Source: Chthoniobacterales bacterium (GTDB lineage: Bacteria > Verrucomicrobiota > Verrucomicrobiia > Chthoniobacterales > UBA6821). Taken from it: DNA of 64,000 nt. Position 1 is the stretch's first letter. Every line of letters begins with the position of its first letter. Made by a program: the position numbers and the translations under genes. The notes under the pieces are model-generated. The model had not been told where the DNA came from. It ran no database searches and worked only from the letters and a program-made list of their open reading frames with translations. Positions 47,597 to 55,692 of this stretch are shown here, in pieces. The stretch spans positions 13,129-77,128 of the forward strand of contig JAPJNA010000079.1 of assembly GCA_026461395.1 (NCBI GenBank), written 5' to 3'.

Positions 47597-48228
47597 CCGT
47601 TAGCGGGGTCATGCCGCCGGTCGGCGGCATCCACAAGCAGGTTTACAATCTCGATACCCGCCCGCTCCATGTCATGGATGATGTCATTCACCCTCGCGGT
47701 TAGGTAACTATGTCCAATGTAGGCTGGTATCGCCACACCGAGCCCGGCAGCTGCATTGAGCATACTCTCATAGACACCGTGGGCGAGTTCCGTTGCCGTT
47801 GCATAGCCGCCATGTGCCGAAAGAATCAGGAAAGCATCTAGTAGTCCGAGGATAGTACCAAGCAGACCGAGCAGGGGCGTAACATACGCAAGTGTCGCGA
47901 GAATCGGTAGATTCCGCTCAAGCTTCGGGATCTCTAGGAGCGCGGCGTCTGTGGTTAGTGACTGCAGGACACCTCGCGCGGCACTGGGCCTCAGCAGCGC
48001 GGCCTGCAGAACACGGGCCGCCGGGCCATGGCTCGCGGAGGATTCGGCGAGCGCCTCATCGACACGATCATTGTGAATCAGCAGTGCAAGGCCGCCGAGC
48101 AGCTCTCCGACCCTGATGGTGGCTTTGTGGAGAAAGACCAGGCGTTCGAAGAAGACCCCCAGAGCCACCACGCTGCAGAGCAGAATGATCCACATAAGGG
48201 GCCCGCCTTTTTGCAAGAGTTCAAGCAT
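47593..48228 (-). CDS. exbB: MotA/TolQ/ExbB proton channel protein
   Basis: 211 aa. It has GGPLMWIILLCSVVALGVFFER and TPLLGLLGTILGLLDAF. Confidence 0.85.
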   Translation of the reverse strand: MLELLQKGGPLMWIILLCSVVALGVFFERLVFLHKATIRVGELLGGLALLIHNDRVDEALAESSASHGPAARVLQAALLRPSAARGVLQSLTTDAALLEIPKLERNLPILATLAYVTPLLGLLGTILGLLDAFLILSAHGGYATATELAHGVYESMLNAAAGLGVAIPAYIGHSYLTARVNDIIHDMERAGIEIVNLLVDAADRRHDPANG

Positions 48229-48298
48229 GGAAAAATACTAGTTAAAGGTTGAAAGCATTAAAAAGGTTAAAGGTTTATAGAATGGATCTTGCCGCCCC

Positions 48299-49378
48299 TC
48301 AGATCGGCAGACTCGCTTGTGCGGAGGGACCGCTTGGGAGTGCCTCGGCATGGGAGAGATGGCCAAGCATTTCCTGCAGACGTTCGCGCACCCCCGGGAG
48401 GAATCCACGGTCAGCATGGAGGACTAGTAGGCAGAGCTCGTTGTTGTGGAGGAAGCTCAGGGCCCCCTGTTCCGCATGGAGTGTCACCCCGGGCACATTC
48501 CCGAGACCCATCTTGGAAGAGGACTCTCGGATCTGGGCTAGCATCGTCATGGCCTGAGCACTCAGTGTCTGAAGATCAATTCCGGGAGGGGTGTTTGAGG
48601 CGCAGACCACCTGGTCTCCGTGTGCCAGGATACAGGCCCGCAGGCCCGGAAGCTGGCCCGCCATAGCGATGACGCGATCCATGGTGAGCTTCTCCTCGGT
48701 CATGAAGAGGGCCTGCAACGCAGCGGGATCGGCAAGCTGATCGAGGGGATCGAGCTTCCAGAGCGGCTCAAGGGTAAGAGCCTCGGGTGTCTCGGCGACG
48801 TCGTCGGATAAAATCACGAGCCTCTGTTCCTCAGGCGCCGGCTTGACAAAAACATTCCGGCGAAAGATCGGCAACGAGGCGAAGAATCCCCGCTTGACTG
48901 CCACGGCTGGCACCAACTCCTGAGCTTCTTTTTCCCCATGGAACTTTACACCATGCTTTTCCAAGGTCGTGGGCACTTCGGGCTGATTGGTCGAAACCAC
49001 CTCGGCCTCGATCGCTGTGATAGAAGATTTTTCTTTGGGGTCAACCGCGGTGGGAACAGTCACTACGGATGCTTTACCCCGTGAGCTCTCCCTGCATTCC
49101 GTTGGAACCTCTTCAAACCTTGTTACCAAGCGGTAATAAAGCGCCACCCATCCGGCAGGGAGATTCAGTTGCTCTGAACGGTCTCCACCTTCGGGCACTA
49201 CGACCAGATCGGGTAGAAGATCGTTGAGCTGGCCAAGCGAGAGACGCGGTGTATTCCCCGCGAGCAAATCCCGGCAAGGCAGGTTGACCTTTCGGCCGCT
49301 GAGTTCTTCGGCAGACGTTTCCTTGCAGAACTGAGCCGGAAGCCTAGCCATCAACTCCGACAGGGGCACGGAGATCAT
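48299..49378 (-). CDS. Hypothetical protein with Roadblock/LC7 (MglB)-like C-terminal domain
   Basis: I prefer the start MISVPLSELMARLP at 49378. The track ORF extends to 49702 across the hisI start region. The C-terminal roughly 110 aa (MDRVIAMAGQLPGLRACILAHGDQVVCAS...GVTLHAEQGALSFLHNNELCLLVLHAD) have a Roadblock-like alternation. This is my pattern recognition only. Confidence 0.45.
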   Translation of the reverse strand: MISVPLSELMARLPAQFCKETSAEELSGRKVNLPCRDLLAGNTPRLSLGQLNDLLPDLVVVPEGGDRSEQLNLPAGWVALYYRLVTRFEEVPTECRESSRGKASVVTVPTAVDPKEKSSITAIEAEVVSTNQPEVPTTLEKHGVKFHGEKEAQELVPAVAVKRGFFASLPIFRRNVFVKPAPEEQRLVILSDDVAETPEALTLEPLWKLDPLDQLADPAALQALFMTEEKLTMDRVIAMAGQLPGLRACILAHGDQVVCASNTPPGIDLQTLSAQAMTMLAQIRESSSKMGLGNVPGVTLHAEQGALSFLHNNELCLLVLHADRGFLPGVRERLQEMLGHLSHAEALPSGPSAQASLPI

Positions 49379-49537
49379 GTCCGGTGCTTCCTCAAAGAAA
49401 CGATGGCAGGGCGCCGAGTGTGTGCTGGATGCGATGGCCACCCTCTGATCCTCCTGAAAGTGAGGCCCCTCCGCAACCGAGAATCTACGATCCAGAATCT
49501 TCTTGCCCCGGAAGCGCCGTCTCTCCGAAATGAGCAG

Positions 49538-49924
49538 ATGGACTTGAATCTCAAATTCGATGACCGCGGCCTGATTCCCGCGATTGTGCAGGAGAGTGCC
49601 GAAGCCGGCGGACGCGTTCTCATGATGGCCTGGATGAACGAGGACTCGCTCAAGCATTCCGTGGAGACTGGCTACATGCACTACTGGAGCCGCTCCCGTC
49701 AAAATCTCTGGAAGAAAGGCGAGTCAAGCGGCCACACGCAGCGGATTCTGCGTTGGTTCGTCGATTGCGACCGCGACACTCTCCTCTTCGAGGTCGAGCA
49801 ACACGGCGGCGCCTGCCACACTGGATTCGCCAGCTGCTTCTATGTCGAGCTCGACAAGGCGGGGAACGATCTTCCGCCGCAGGAAGAGCCGCTCTTCAGT
49901 CCCGACAGCGTCTACAAAGCTTAA
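49538..49924 (+). CDS. hisI: Phosphoribosyl-AMP cyclohydrolase
   Basis: It has MDLNLKFDDRGLIPAIVQ...WSRSRQNLWKKGESSGHTQ...DCDRDTLL...GGACHTG. I use the internal start at 49538. Confidence 0.9.
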   Translation: MDLNLKFDDRGLIPAIVQESAEAGGRVLMMAWMNEDSLKHSVETGYMHYWSRSRQNLWKKGESSGHTQRILRWFVDCDRDTLLFEVEQHGGACHTGFASCFYVELDKAGNDLPPQEEPLFSPDSVYKA

Positions 49925-49999
49925 GGTTTTTCATCGGATGTTGCTTCAGGGCCTCTCCCTTCATCTTTCAAACTTCATAATTCATCCTTTCCTTCTCCG

Positions 50000-50794
50000 A
50001 TGACTCCCTACCTGCGTCTTCTCAATCTCGTCCTCGATCACGGGACACGAAAGGATGACCGCACCGGTACCGGTACCCTCTCGCTCTTTGGTGCGCAGGA
50101 GCGCTTTGACCTGACCAAGGGATTTCCCCTGCTCACCACCAAGAAGCTTCATCTCCGCTCCATCATCCATGAGTTACTCTGGTTTCTGAAGGGCGACACC
50201 AACGTCGGATACCTCAAGGAAAACGGGGTCACCATCTGGGACGAGTGGGCCGATGCGAACGGCGATCTCGGGCCCGTCTACGGCGCTCAATGGCGCAGGT
50301 GGCGTACCCCCGAGGGTGGCGAGCTCGACCAGATCGCCCGCGTCGTCGAGGACTTGAAAAAGAATCCCGACAGCCGACGTCATATCATCAGCGCCTGGAA
50401 TCCCGGGGAAATTGACAAGATGGCTCTGGCCCCCTGCCACGCCCTCGTCCAGTTCTACGTGACGAATGGGGAACTCAGCTGCCAACTCTACCAGCGCAGT
50501 GCCGATCTCTTCCTAGGCGTCCCCTTCAACATCGCCTCCTACGCACTGCTCACGATGATGATCGCTCAGGTCTGCGGGCTGAAAGCCAAGGAATTCATCC
50601 ACACCTTCGGTGACCTCCATCTCTATGTGAACCACCTCGAGCAGGCCCGCCTCCAGCTCACGCGCGAACCGCGCCCACTCCCGCAGATGCTACTCAATCC
50701 CGCTGTGAAGAACTTGGAAGATTTCCGCTACGAGGACTTCACGCTAGAGGGGTACGACCCGCACCCCGCGATCAAAGCCCCGATCGCTATCTGA
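50000..50794 (+). CDS. thyA: Thymidylate synthase
   Basis: 264 aa with [12 protein letters not shown] and the catalytic [12 protein letters not shown]. Confidence 0.96.
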   Translation: MTPYLRLLNLVLDHGTRKDDRTGTGTLSLFGAQERFDLTKGFPLLTTKKLHLRSIIHELLWFLKGDTNVGYLKENGVTIWDEWADANGDLGPVYGAQWRRWRTPEGGELDQIARVVEDLKKNPDSRRHIISAWNPGEIDKMALAPCHALVQFYVTNGELSCQLYQRSADLFLGVPFNIASYALLTMMIAQVCGLKAKEFIHTFGDLHLYVNHLEQARLQLTREPRPLPQMLLNPAVKNLEDFRYEDFTLEGYDPHPAIKAPIAI

Positions 50795-50806
50795 AGATGA
50801 GAGTTA

Positions 50807-50895
50807 TCCCGCAGAGGCGCAGAGGCGCAGAGAAGGGATCCGAGAAAATCTTCTTATTTATTTTATTCCTCCGCGCCTCTGCGCCTCTGCGGGAC
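50807..50895. repeat. GCAGAGGC-octamer hairpin element C (best preserved)
   Basis: tcccgcagaggcgcagaggcgc (50807-50828) is perfectly complementary to gcgcctctgcgcctctgcggga (50874-50895). The loop is AT-rich. It lies between thyA and folA. Confidence 0.9.
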
Positions 50896-50921
50896 ATCAA
50901 TCAGCTCAGCTTTTCCTGCAA

Positions 50922-51386
50922 ATGATAAAAGCCATCGTCGCAATGGCGGAGAACCGGGTGATCGGGAATGCTGGCACGATTCCGTGGCACCTTCCCGAGG
51001 ATTTCAAATTCTTCAAGGCGACCACCATGGGCCATGCGATCCTCATGGGTCGCAAAACCTACGAGTCGATCGGCAAGCCACTCCCCGGACGGGAAAACAT
51101 CGTCCTCTCCCGCACCATGCCAGAGACACCGGGCATCACCATTGTGCACTCCGTGGAGGAGATCCAAGAGCCGACCGACGGACGCGACCTCTTCGTGATC
51201 GGCGGAGAAGAGATCTATCGACTCCTTCTCCCAAGGATCCAGGAACTCTACGTCACCAAAGTCCCCCAAACCATCGAGGGCGATACCCACTTCCCCGAAT
51301 TTGAATCACAGTTCGATGCAGGAACTAACGTCTTGGAAACCAACGACTTAACCGTGTGGAAGTATTGTGCAACGCAAGGCTCTTAG
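50922..51386 (+). CDS. folA: Dihydrofolate reductase
   Basis: MIKAIVAMAENRVIGNAGTIPWHLPEDFKFFKATTMGHAILMGRKTYESIG is a classic FolA N-terminus. Confidence 0.95.
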   Translation: MIKAIVAMAENRVIGNAGTIPWHLPEDFKFFKATTMGHAILMGRKTYESIGKPLPGRENIVLSRTMPETPGITIVHSVEEIQEPTDGRDLFVIGGEEIYRLLLPRIQELYVTKVPQTIEGDTHFPEFESQFDAGTNVLETNDLTVWKYCATQGS

Positions 51387-51600
51387 GCTGTAGACTATTA
51401 GACTTTTAGGCAAATCAGCTTCTAGCTCAGTTCCTCGAAGCGCCGCTTGATCTCTCTACTCTCGCCTGAGTTATGCAAAAGTATTTGTGTCTAATTTATT
51501 TAGCCATCCCGTGGTTGCACCTAGGCGCGGGAGGGAAGGCGTAGTAGTCCTACGGCGACCGAGCGGCAACAACGCCCCGAGCTAAAAGCGCCAGCCGCTT

Positions 51601-52287
51601 CTAATCGCGAGTCTGGCGGGGGATCACTTTTAAAGTCTGCGGCTCCATCTTGCCGATTGAATTTGCAGGTAGCACTCCCCTCCAAGACGTATTCGGATAA
51701 ATAATCGTATCTCGGCCGATGATGGAGCCGGGACTGAGAACCGAGTTACAGCCGATCTCGGCGCGGTCGCCTATGATGGCACCGAACTTCCGAAGGCCCG
51801 TCGGAATAATTACTTCGGCGGTTTTCACGGTGACCGGCTGATGGTCGAGGCGGACATTGGAGAGGATGGCTCCGGCACCGAGGTGTGCCTTGTGACCTAG
51901 GATGGAGTCGCCGACGTAGTTGAAGTGAGGGATCTGTGCCTCGTCGAAGATGAGGCAGTTCTTGAACTCGCAGGAGTTGCCCAACACGACGCCGTTGCCT
52001 ACCACAACATTCTCGCGGATGTAGGCTCCGTTGCGGATCTCACAATTCTCGCCGATCCATGCGGGACCTTTGATCATGGCTCCTTGCTCGATGATGGTTC
52101 CGGCTCCGATATAGACCGCTCCGCTGATGAACGGCTTGCCGATCAGCTTGCCATAGATGCCGGGCTTGAGGCGGAACTGGAGATAGGTCGAGATCTTTGC
52201 GATTGCCTCCCAAACATTGGTCACATTCTCAAAGATGACACTGTGCTCGGTGCGGTCGAGATCGAGGAGGGTGTCGGGGGTGAACAT
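51601..52287 (-). CDS. Left-handed beta-helix (hexapeptide repeat) transferase, GlmU C-terminal-like
   Basis: 228 aa with consecutive hexapeptide repeats (IGENCEIRNGAYIRENVVVGNGVVLGNSCEF...). There is no nucleotidyltransferase domain. Confidence 0.7.
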   Translation of the reverse strand: MFTPDTLLDLDRTEHSVIFENVTNVWEAIAKISTYLQFRLKPGIYGKLIGKPFISGAVYIGAGTIIEQGAMIKGPAWIGENCEIRNGAYIRENVVVGNGVVLGNSCEFKNCLIFDEAQIPHFNYVGDSILGHKAHLGAGAILSNVRLDHQPVTVKTAEVIIPTGLRKFGAIIGDRAEIGCNSVLSPGSIIGRDTIIYPNTSWRGVLPANSIGKMEPQTLKVIPRQTRD

Positions 52288-52293
52288 CGAGGA

Positions 52294-52321
52294 AAGGATG
52301 AATTATGAAGGATGAATTATG
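52294..52321. repeat. Perfect 14-bp tandem duplication (aaggatgaattatg x2) immediately upstream of the LbH transferase start
   Basis: Read directly from the sequence: 52294-52307 equals 52308-52321. Confidence 0.9.
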
Positions 52322-52340
52322 AAAGAACGGAATACATGAT

Positions 52341-52431
52341 TTCCCGCAGAGGCGCGGAGACGCAGGGAGAAATTAAGGGGTGTATTTATTTCTTTTCTCT
52401 GTGCCTCTACGCCTCTGCGTCTCTGCGCGAG
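52341..52431. repeat. GCAGAGGC-octamer hairpin element D
   Basis: The left arm is ttcccgcagaggcgcggagacgcagggagaa. The right arm is ttctctgtgcctctacgcctctgcgtctctgcgcgag and is followed by TTTTTT. It lies between the cysS stop and the next gene's start. Confidence 0.8.
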
Positions 52432-52440
52432 TTTTTTCAA

Positions 52441-53865
52441 TCAGTTTTTGCTGATCCGTTGCCCATCCTTCGTATCCTTCACGGTCCAGCCAAGTGCGGC
52501 GATCTGATCCCGGATCTCGTCACTCTTCTGCCACTCCTTCGCATCGCGCGCGGAAGCGCGAGCAGCGACCAGTTCTTCCACTTCTGATGGGATTATGAGG
52601 ACAGCGTCCGGCTCCAAGGCTAGAACGCCGTCAACGCGGATCAGCCAGTTTAGCAGTCCGCGCGCTTGTGAGGGAGTGAGTTTCTCCTCATTCACTTGAT
52701 CCATCCGACGGTTGCTCTCGCGCAGAGTCTCGAAGAGAACGGCCAGCGCACTGGAAATATTCAGATCATCATCCAGCGCCACGAAGAATTCTTCGGTTGC
52801 TGGATCGGGTAACTCCGCTTCCTGTACAGAATCTGCTGCTTCAATGAGTCTCTCCCTCCAAGCATCGAGGCGTCCGAGTGCAGTGCGTGCGGCGCCCAAC
52901 CCATCCATTGTGAAGTTCAGTGCTCCGCGGTAGTGAACGGAGATCAGCGCATAGCGTACTTCGCGGCCGGTCCACCCCTTCTCAAGCAGATCGCGTAGCG
53001 TGAAGAAGTTCCCTGCCGATTTGGCCATCTTGGAGCCCTCGACCATGAGATGCGCGCAATGCATCCAGTAGCGGACGAACGGTCCCTGCCCATGGCCGGC
53101 ACACTCGCACTGGGCAATCTCGGCCTCGTGATGGGGGAAGATGTTATCGACCCCACCGCAGTGGATGTCGATGGTCTCGCCTAGCAGCCCCGTCGCCATG
53201 GCGCTGCACTCGATATGCCATCCGGGACGACCCTTCCCCCAGGGGCTTTCCCAGCCAACGGATCCATCCTCGGGCACCCATGCCTTCCAGAGAGCGAAGT
53301 CGGCGACTGCCTCCTTGTCGTATTCGTCGCTGGCAACGCGTTGGCCCGGTCGCTGGTTCTCAAGATCGACGTGGGCGAGCCTTCCGTAATTCGGAAAGGA
53401 GGCGATACGGAAATAAACCGACCCATCTTCGACTTGGTAGGCGTGCCCCTTCTCCATCAGGGTCCCAATCATCGCGATCATGCGTGCGATATGCGCCGGA
53501 TCGGTCGCCTCAGGGTAGGCCTCGGCAGGATGTAGGCGCAGTGTCTTGGCATCCGCAAAGAAGGCCTCCTTGAAGGGCCGTGTGTAGTCATTGAGCGCGA
53601 TCTCAGCCGCGTGCGCGCCACGGATCGTCTTGTCATCGACGTCGGTGAGATTCATCACCCGGCGAACAACAAATCCACGCTCCTGAAGGTGGCGCTGGAG
53701 CAGATCTTCGAAAACGTAGGCCCGGAAGTTGCCGATGTGGGCGTAGGCGTAAACCGTCGGCCCACAGGTGTAGAGCGAAAGGGTCTTCCCCTCGCCCGCA
53801 CGGGGAGTGATTTCCTCCAGGCTCCGGGAAAGTGTGTTGAGTATCTGCACGGTTGCCATCGGCAT
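52441..53865 (-). CDS. cysS: Cysteine--tRNA ligase
   Basis: It has YTCGPTVYAYAHIGN (HIGH-type) and KMAKSAGN (KMSKS). Confidence 0.95.
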   Translation of the reverse strand: MPMATVQILNTLSRSLEEITPRAGEGKTLSLYTCGPTVYAYAHIGNFRAYVFEDLLQRHLQERGFVVRRVMNLTDVDDKTIRGAHAAEIALNDYTRPFKEAFFADAKTLRLHPAEAYPEATDPAHIARMIAMIGTLMEKGHAYQVEDGSVYFRIASFPNYGRLAHVDLENQRPGQRVASDEYDKEAVADFALWKAWVPEDGSVGWESPWGKGRPGWHIECSAMATGLLGETIDIHCGGVDNIFPHHEAEIAQCECAGHGQGPFVRYWMHCAHLMVEGSKMAKSAGNFFTLRDLLEKGWTGREVRYALISVHYRGALNFTMDGLGAARTALGRLDAWRERLIEAADSVQEAELPDPATEEFFVALDDDLNISSALAVLFETLRESNRRMDQVNEEKLTPSQARGLLNWLIRVDGVLALEPDAVLIIPSEVEELVAARASARDAKEWQKSDEIRDQIAALGWTVKDTKDGQRISKN

Positions 53866-53880
53866 GAATCAATTTACGGG

Positions 53881-54381
53881 CTATTCGGGAGGAGTTTCCA
53901 CGGATGCGGTCGCCATCGCCGCGATCCCTTCGCCGCGTCCCAAGAATCCCAGGCATTCGTTGGTGGTCGCCTTGACGCCGACGCGCGAGGCAACCAGCCC
54001 GAGTGATTCGGCGATGCGCGCTCTCATCTGCTGAACATAAGGGCCGATCTTGGGTTCCTCTGCGACCAGCGTGGAATCGACGTTGATGATTGTCGCTCCT
54101 GCCTCAACTAGGATCACGGCGACACGCCGTAGAATTTCCAAACTGGAGATGCCGCGAAGGGATGGATCGGTATTAGGAAAGTAATGCCCGATGTCCTGCA
54201 GGCCCGCCGCCCCGAGCAGAGCATCGGCGATCGCGTGACAGAGGACATCCGCATCGGAGTGACCCGAAAGGGTAAGTCCCTGCGGGTGGCGAAGCGTCAC
54301 GCCGCCAAGTACGAGCAGTCTCTCCGGATCTAACTGCTCAAGCCGATGTACATCATAGCCGATGCCGCTGCGGGTGATCAT
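53881..54381 (-). CDS. ispF: 2-C-methyl-D-erythritol 2,4-cyclodiphosphate synthase
   Basis: It has GIGYDVHRL and SGHSDADVLCHAIADALLGA. Confidence 0.93.
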   Translation of the reverse strand: MITRSGIGYDVHRLEQLDPERLLVLGGVTLRHPQGLTLSGHSDADVLCHAIADALLGAAGLQDIGHYFPNTDPSLRGISSLEILRRVAVILVEAGATIINVDSTLVAEEPKIGPYVQQMRARIAESLGLVASRVGVKATTNECLGFLGRGEGIAAMATASVETPPE

Positions 54382-54520
54382 GTTTTGGGAGATAGTAGGT
54401 GGGAGCTAGGATCCAGGCGATACGCGTTGGGGAAAATACAAAGATGCATCTGAAAGCAGGAGGTCGGCAAGGTCTGTGGTGACTGTGGTGTCTCTGCTGA
54501 TTGATGCTACAGGTTTATCT

Positions 54521-54557
54521 TTCTCCGCGCCTCTGCGCCTCTGCGCCTCTGCGCGAG
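54521..54557. repeat. GCAGAGGC-octamer element E, solo arm (three to four octamers, no complementary partner)
   Basis: The arm is ttctccgcgcctctgcgcctctgcgcctctgcgcgag. Only a degenerate same-orientation tract (gtctgtggtgactgtggtgtctctgc) lies upstream. It sits directly downstream of the phosphatase stop. Confidence 0.75.
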
Positions 54558-54565
54558 ATTAAAGA

Positions 54566-55321
54566 TTAAAGATGCGTGAAGGCAATTCCTCCGCCACAGG
54601 CGACGCAGGAGTACTTGTCAGCGATCGTGTCATGGGGCCTCAGGTCGACCTTGCCGCCGGCGAGCTCTACCATGAGCATTCCTGCTGCAATGTCCCAGAG
54701 ACTGATCTGACTCTCGATGTAGGCGTCGAGGCGGCCACTGGCCACATAGGCGATGTCGAGCGCGGCGCTTCCCATCATACGGGTCTTGCGTGCGGAACGC
54801 ATCATCTGACCCAGAATAGGGAGTCCCTTCTCGATGGCGGTTTCAGTCTTCGAGACTCCCACGGCGACGATCGCATCGGAGAGCTTGGTGCGGCTGCTTA
54901 CACGGATCGGGCGTCCATTCAGTGTGACGCGACCAGTGTTACGCGAGGCGACCCACATTTCATCGGTCATTGGCTGGTAGATCACACCTGTCGTGAGTAC
55001 CCCGTCGTGACGATGCGCGATGGAAACCGCGAAATGCGGAATGCCGTAGAAGAAATTCACCGTGCCGTCGATCGGATCGATGATCCACTGATCCGCGGCT
55101 GTCTGGTCCCCGCGGATCCCCTCTTCGCCATAGATCGCATGGTCGGGAAAGGTTCCCAGAATCAGCGACTCGATCAGCGCCTGCGATTGGCGGTCGAGCT
55201 CGAGTTTGATGTCGTGAGCCTCAGCAGAGTCCACATTGAGTTCCTTCTCAAAATGTCCCCGGATCATTCCACCGGCTGCCAGGGCCGCGTCACGTGCGGT
55301 AGTAAGTAACAGTTCGTCCAT
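54566..55321 (-). CDS. Inositol monophosphatase family protein (SuhB-like)
   Basis: It has the WIIDPIDGTVNF motif and EEG...metal-binding region. The + strand ORF 54572..55309 is its shadow. Confidence 0.88.
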   Translation of the reverse strand: MDELLLTTARDAALAAGGMIRGHFEKELNVDSAEAHDIKLELDRQSQALIESLILGTFPDHAIYGEEGIRGDQTAADQWIIDPIDGTVNFFYGIPHFAVSIAHRHDGVLTTGVIYQPMTDEMWVASRNTGRVTLNGRPIRVSSRTKLSDAIVAVGVSKTETAIEKGLPILGQMMRSARKTRMMGSAALDIAYVASGRLDAYIESQISLWDIAAGMLMVELAGGKVDLRPHDTIADKYSCVACGGGIAFTHL

Positions 55322-55452
55322 CTAGAATTCAGTAGCGGAGTAAGCGGAGGGATGAAACCTGAAACTTGAAACCTGATGAAATAGCGTCTTCGTGATGAAG
55401 GCGAATCGACTCTTCTACTCCTGGTTTTAATAACACCGATGGACGTGTGATC

Positions 55453-55487
55453 AAAAAATTGGGGGAAGCGTTTATGGCGCTTCCCCC
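55453..55487 (-). terminator. Rho-independent terminator of the histone-like gene
   Basis: The minus strand reads gggggaagcgc-cataaa-cgcttccccc followed by aattttttg. The GC stem of 10-11 bp is perfect and carries a T-run. Confidence 0.8.
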
Positions 55488-55530
55488 AAGTTCTAGCTCG
55501 TCGCCGAAAGGTTGTTCCGGCGGGAGGGAC

Positions 55531-55692
55531 TTACTTCTTTTTTGCGACGGCCTTCTTGACGGCTTTCTTTGCAGGAGCCTTCTTGACGACCTTCTTGGCA
55601 GGTGCCTTCTTTGCAACGGCCTTCTTCACCACCTTCTTGGCGGGTGCCTTCTTTACAACTTTCTTTGCTGGTGCTTTTTTCTTAATGGGCAT
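55531..55692 (-). CDS. Lysine-rich histone H1-like / Hc-like DNA-binding protein (53 aa), not in ORF track
   Basis: My own translation gives MPIKKKAPAKKVVKKAPAKKVVKKAVAKKAPAKKVVKKAPAKKAVKKAVAKKK. A strong SD (aaaggaggtggattgaaATG) precedes it and a clean terminator follows it. Track ORFs 55329..55616, 55447..55803 and 55556..55744 are other frames of the same repeat. Confidence 0.75.
   Translation of the reverse strand: MPIKKKAPAKKVVKKAPAKKVVKKAVAKKAPAKKVVKKAPAKKAVKKAVAKKK

Noticed and set aside
48299-49702. Full-length 467-aa version of the Roadblock-like ORF
   Set aside because: The extra 108 N-terminal codons overlap the hisI coding start on the opposite strand and look non-protein-like (His/Arg/Gly-rich). 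I prefer the internal start at 49378.
51387-51600. SRP (4.5S) RNA or another known ncRNA in the folA-downstream spacer
   Set aside because: The stretch gggagggaaggcgtag superficially recalls the SRP GGAAGG core. The flanking conserved helix-8 sequence and pairing are absent, so I kept it only as a low-interest unexplained spacer.
35404-54557. Whether the GCAGAGGC repeats could be a CRISPR array
   Set aside because: The units are 8-nt tandem octamers arranged as inverted arms at dispersed intergenic sites. They are not 25-40-nt direct repeats separated by unique spacers. No cas genes are present.
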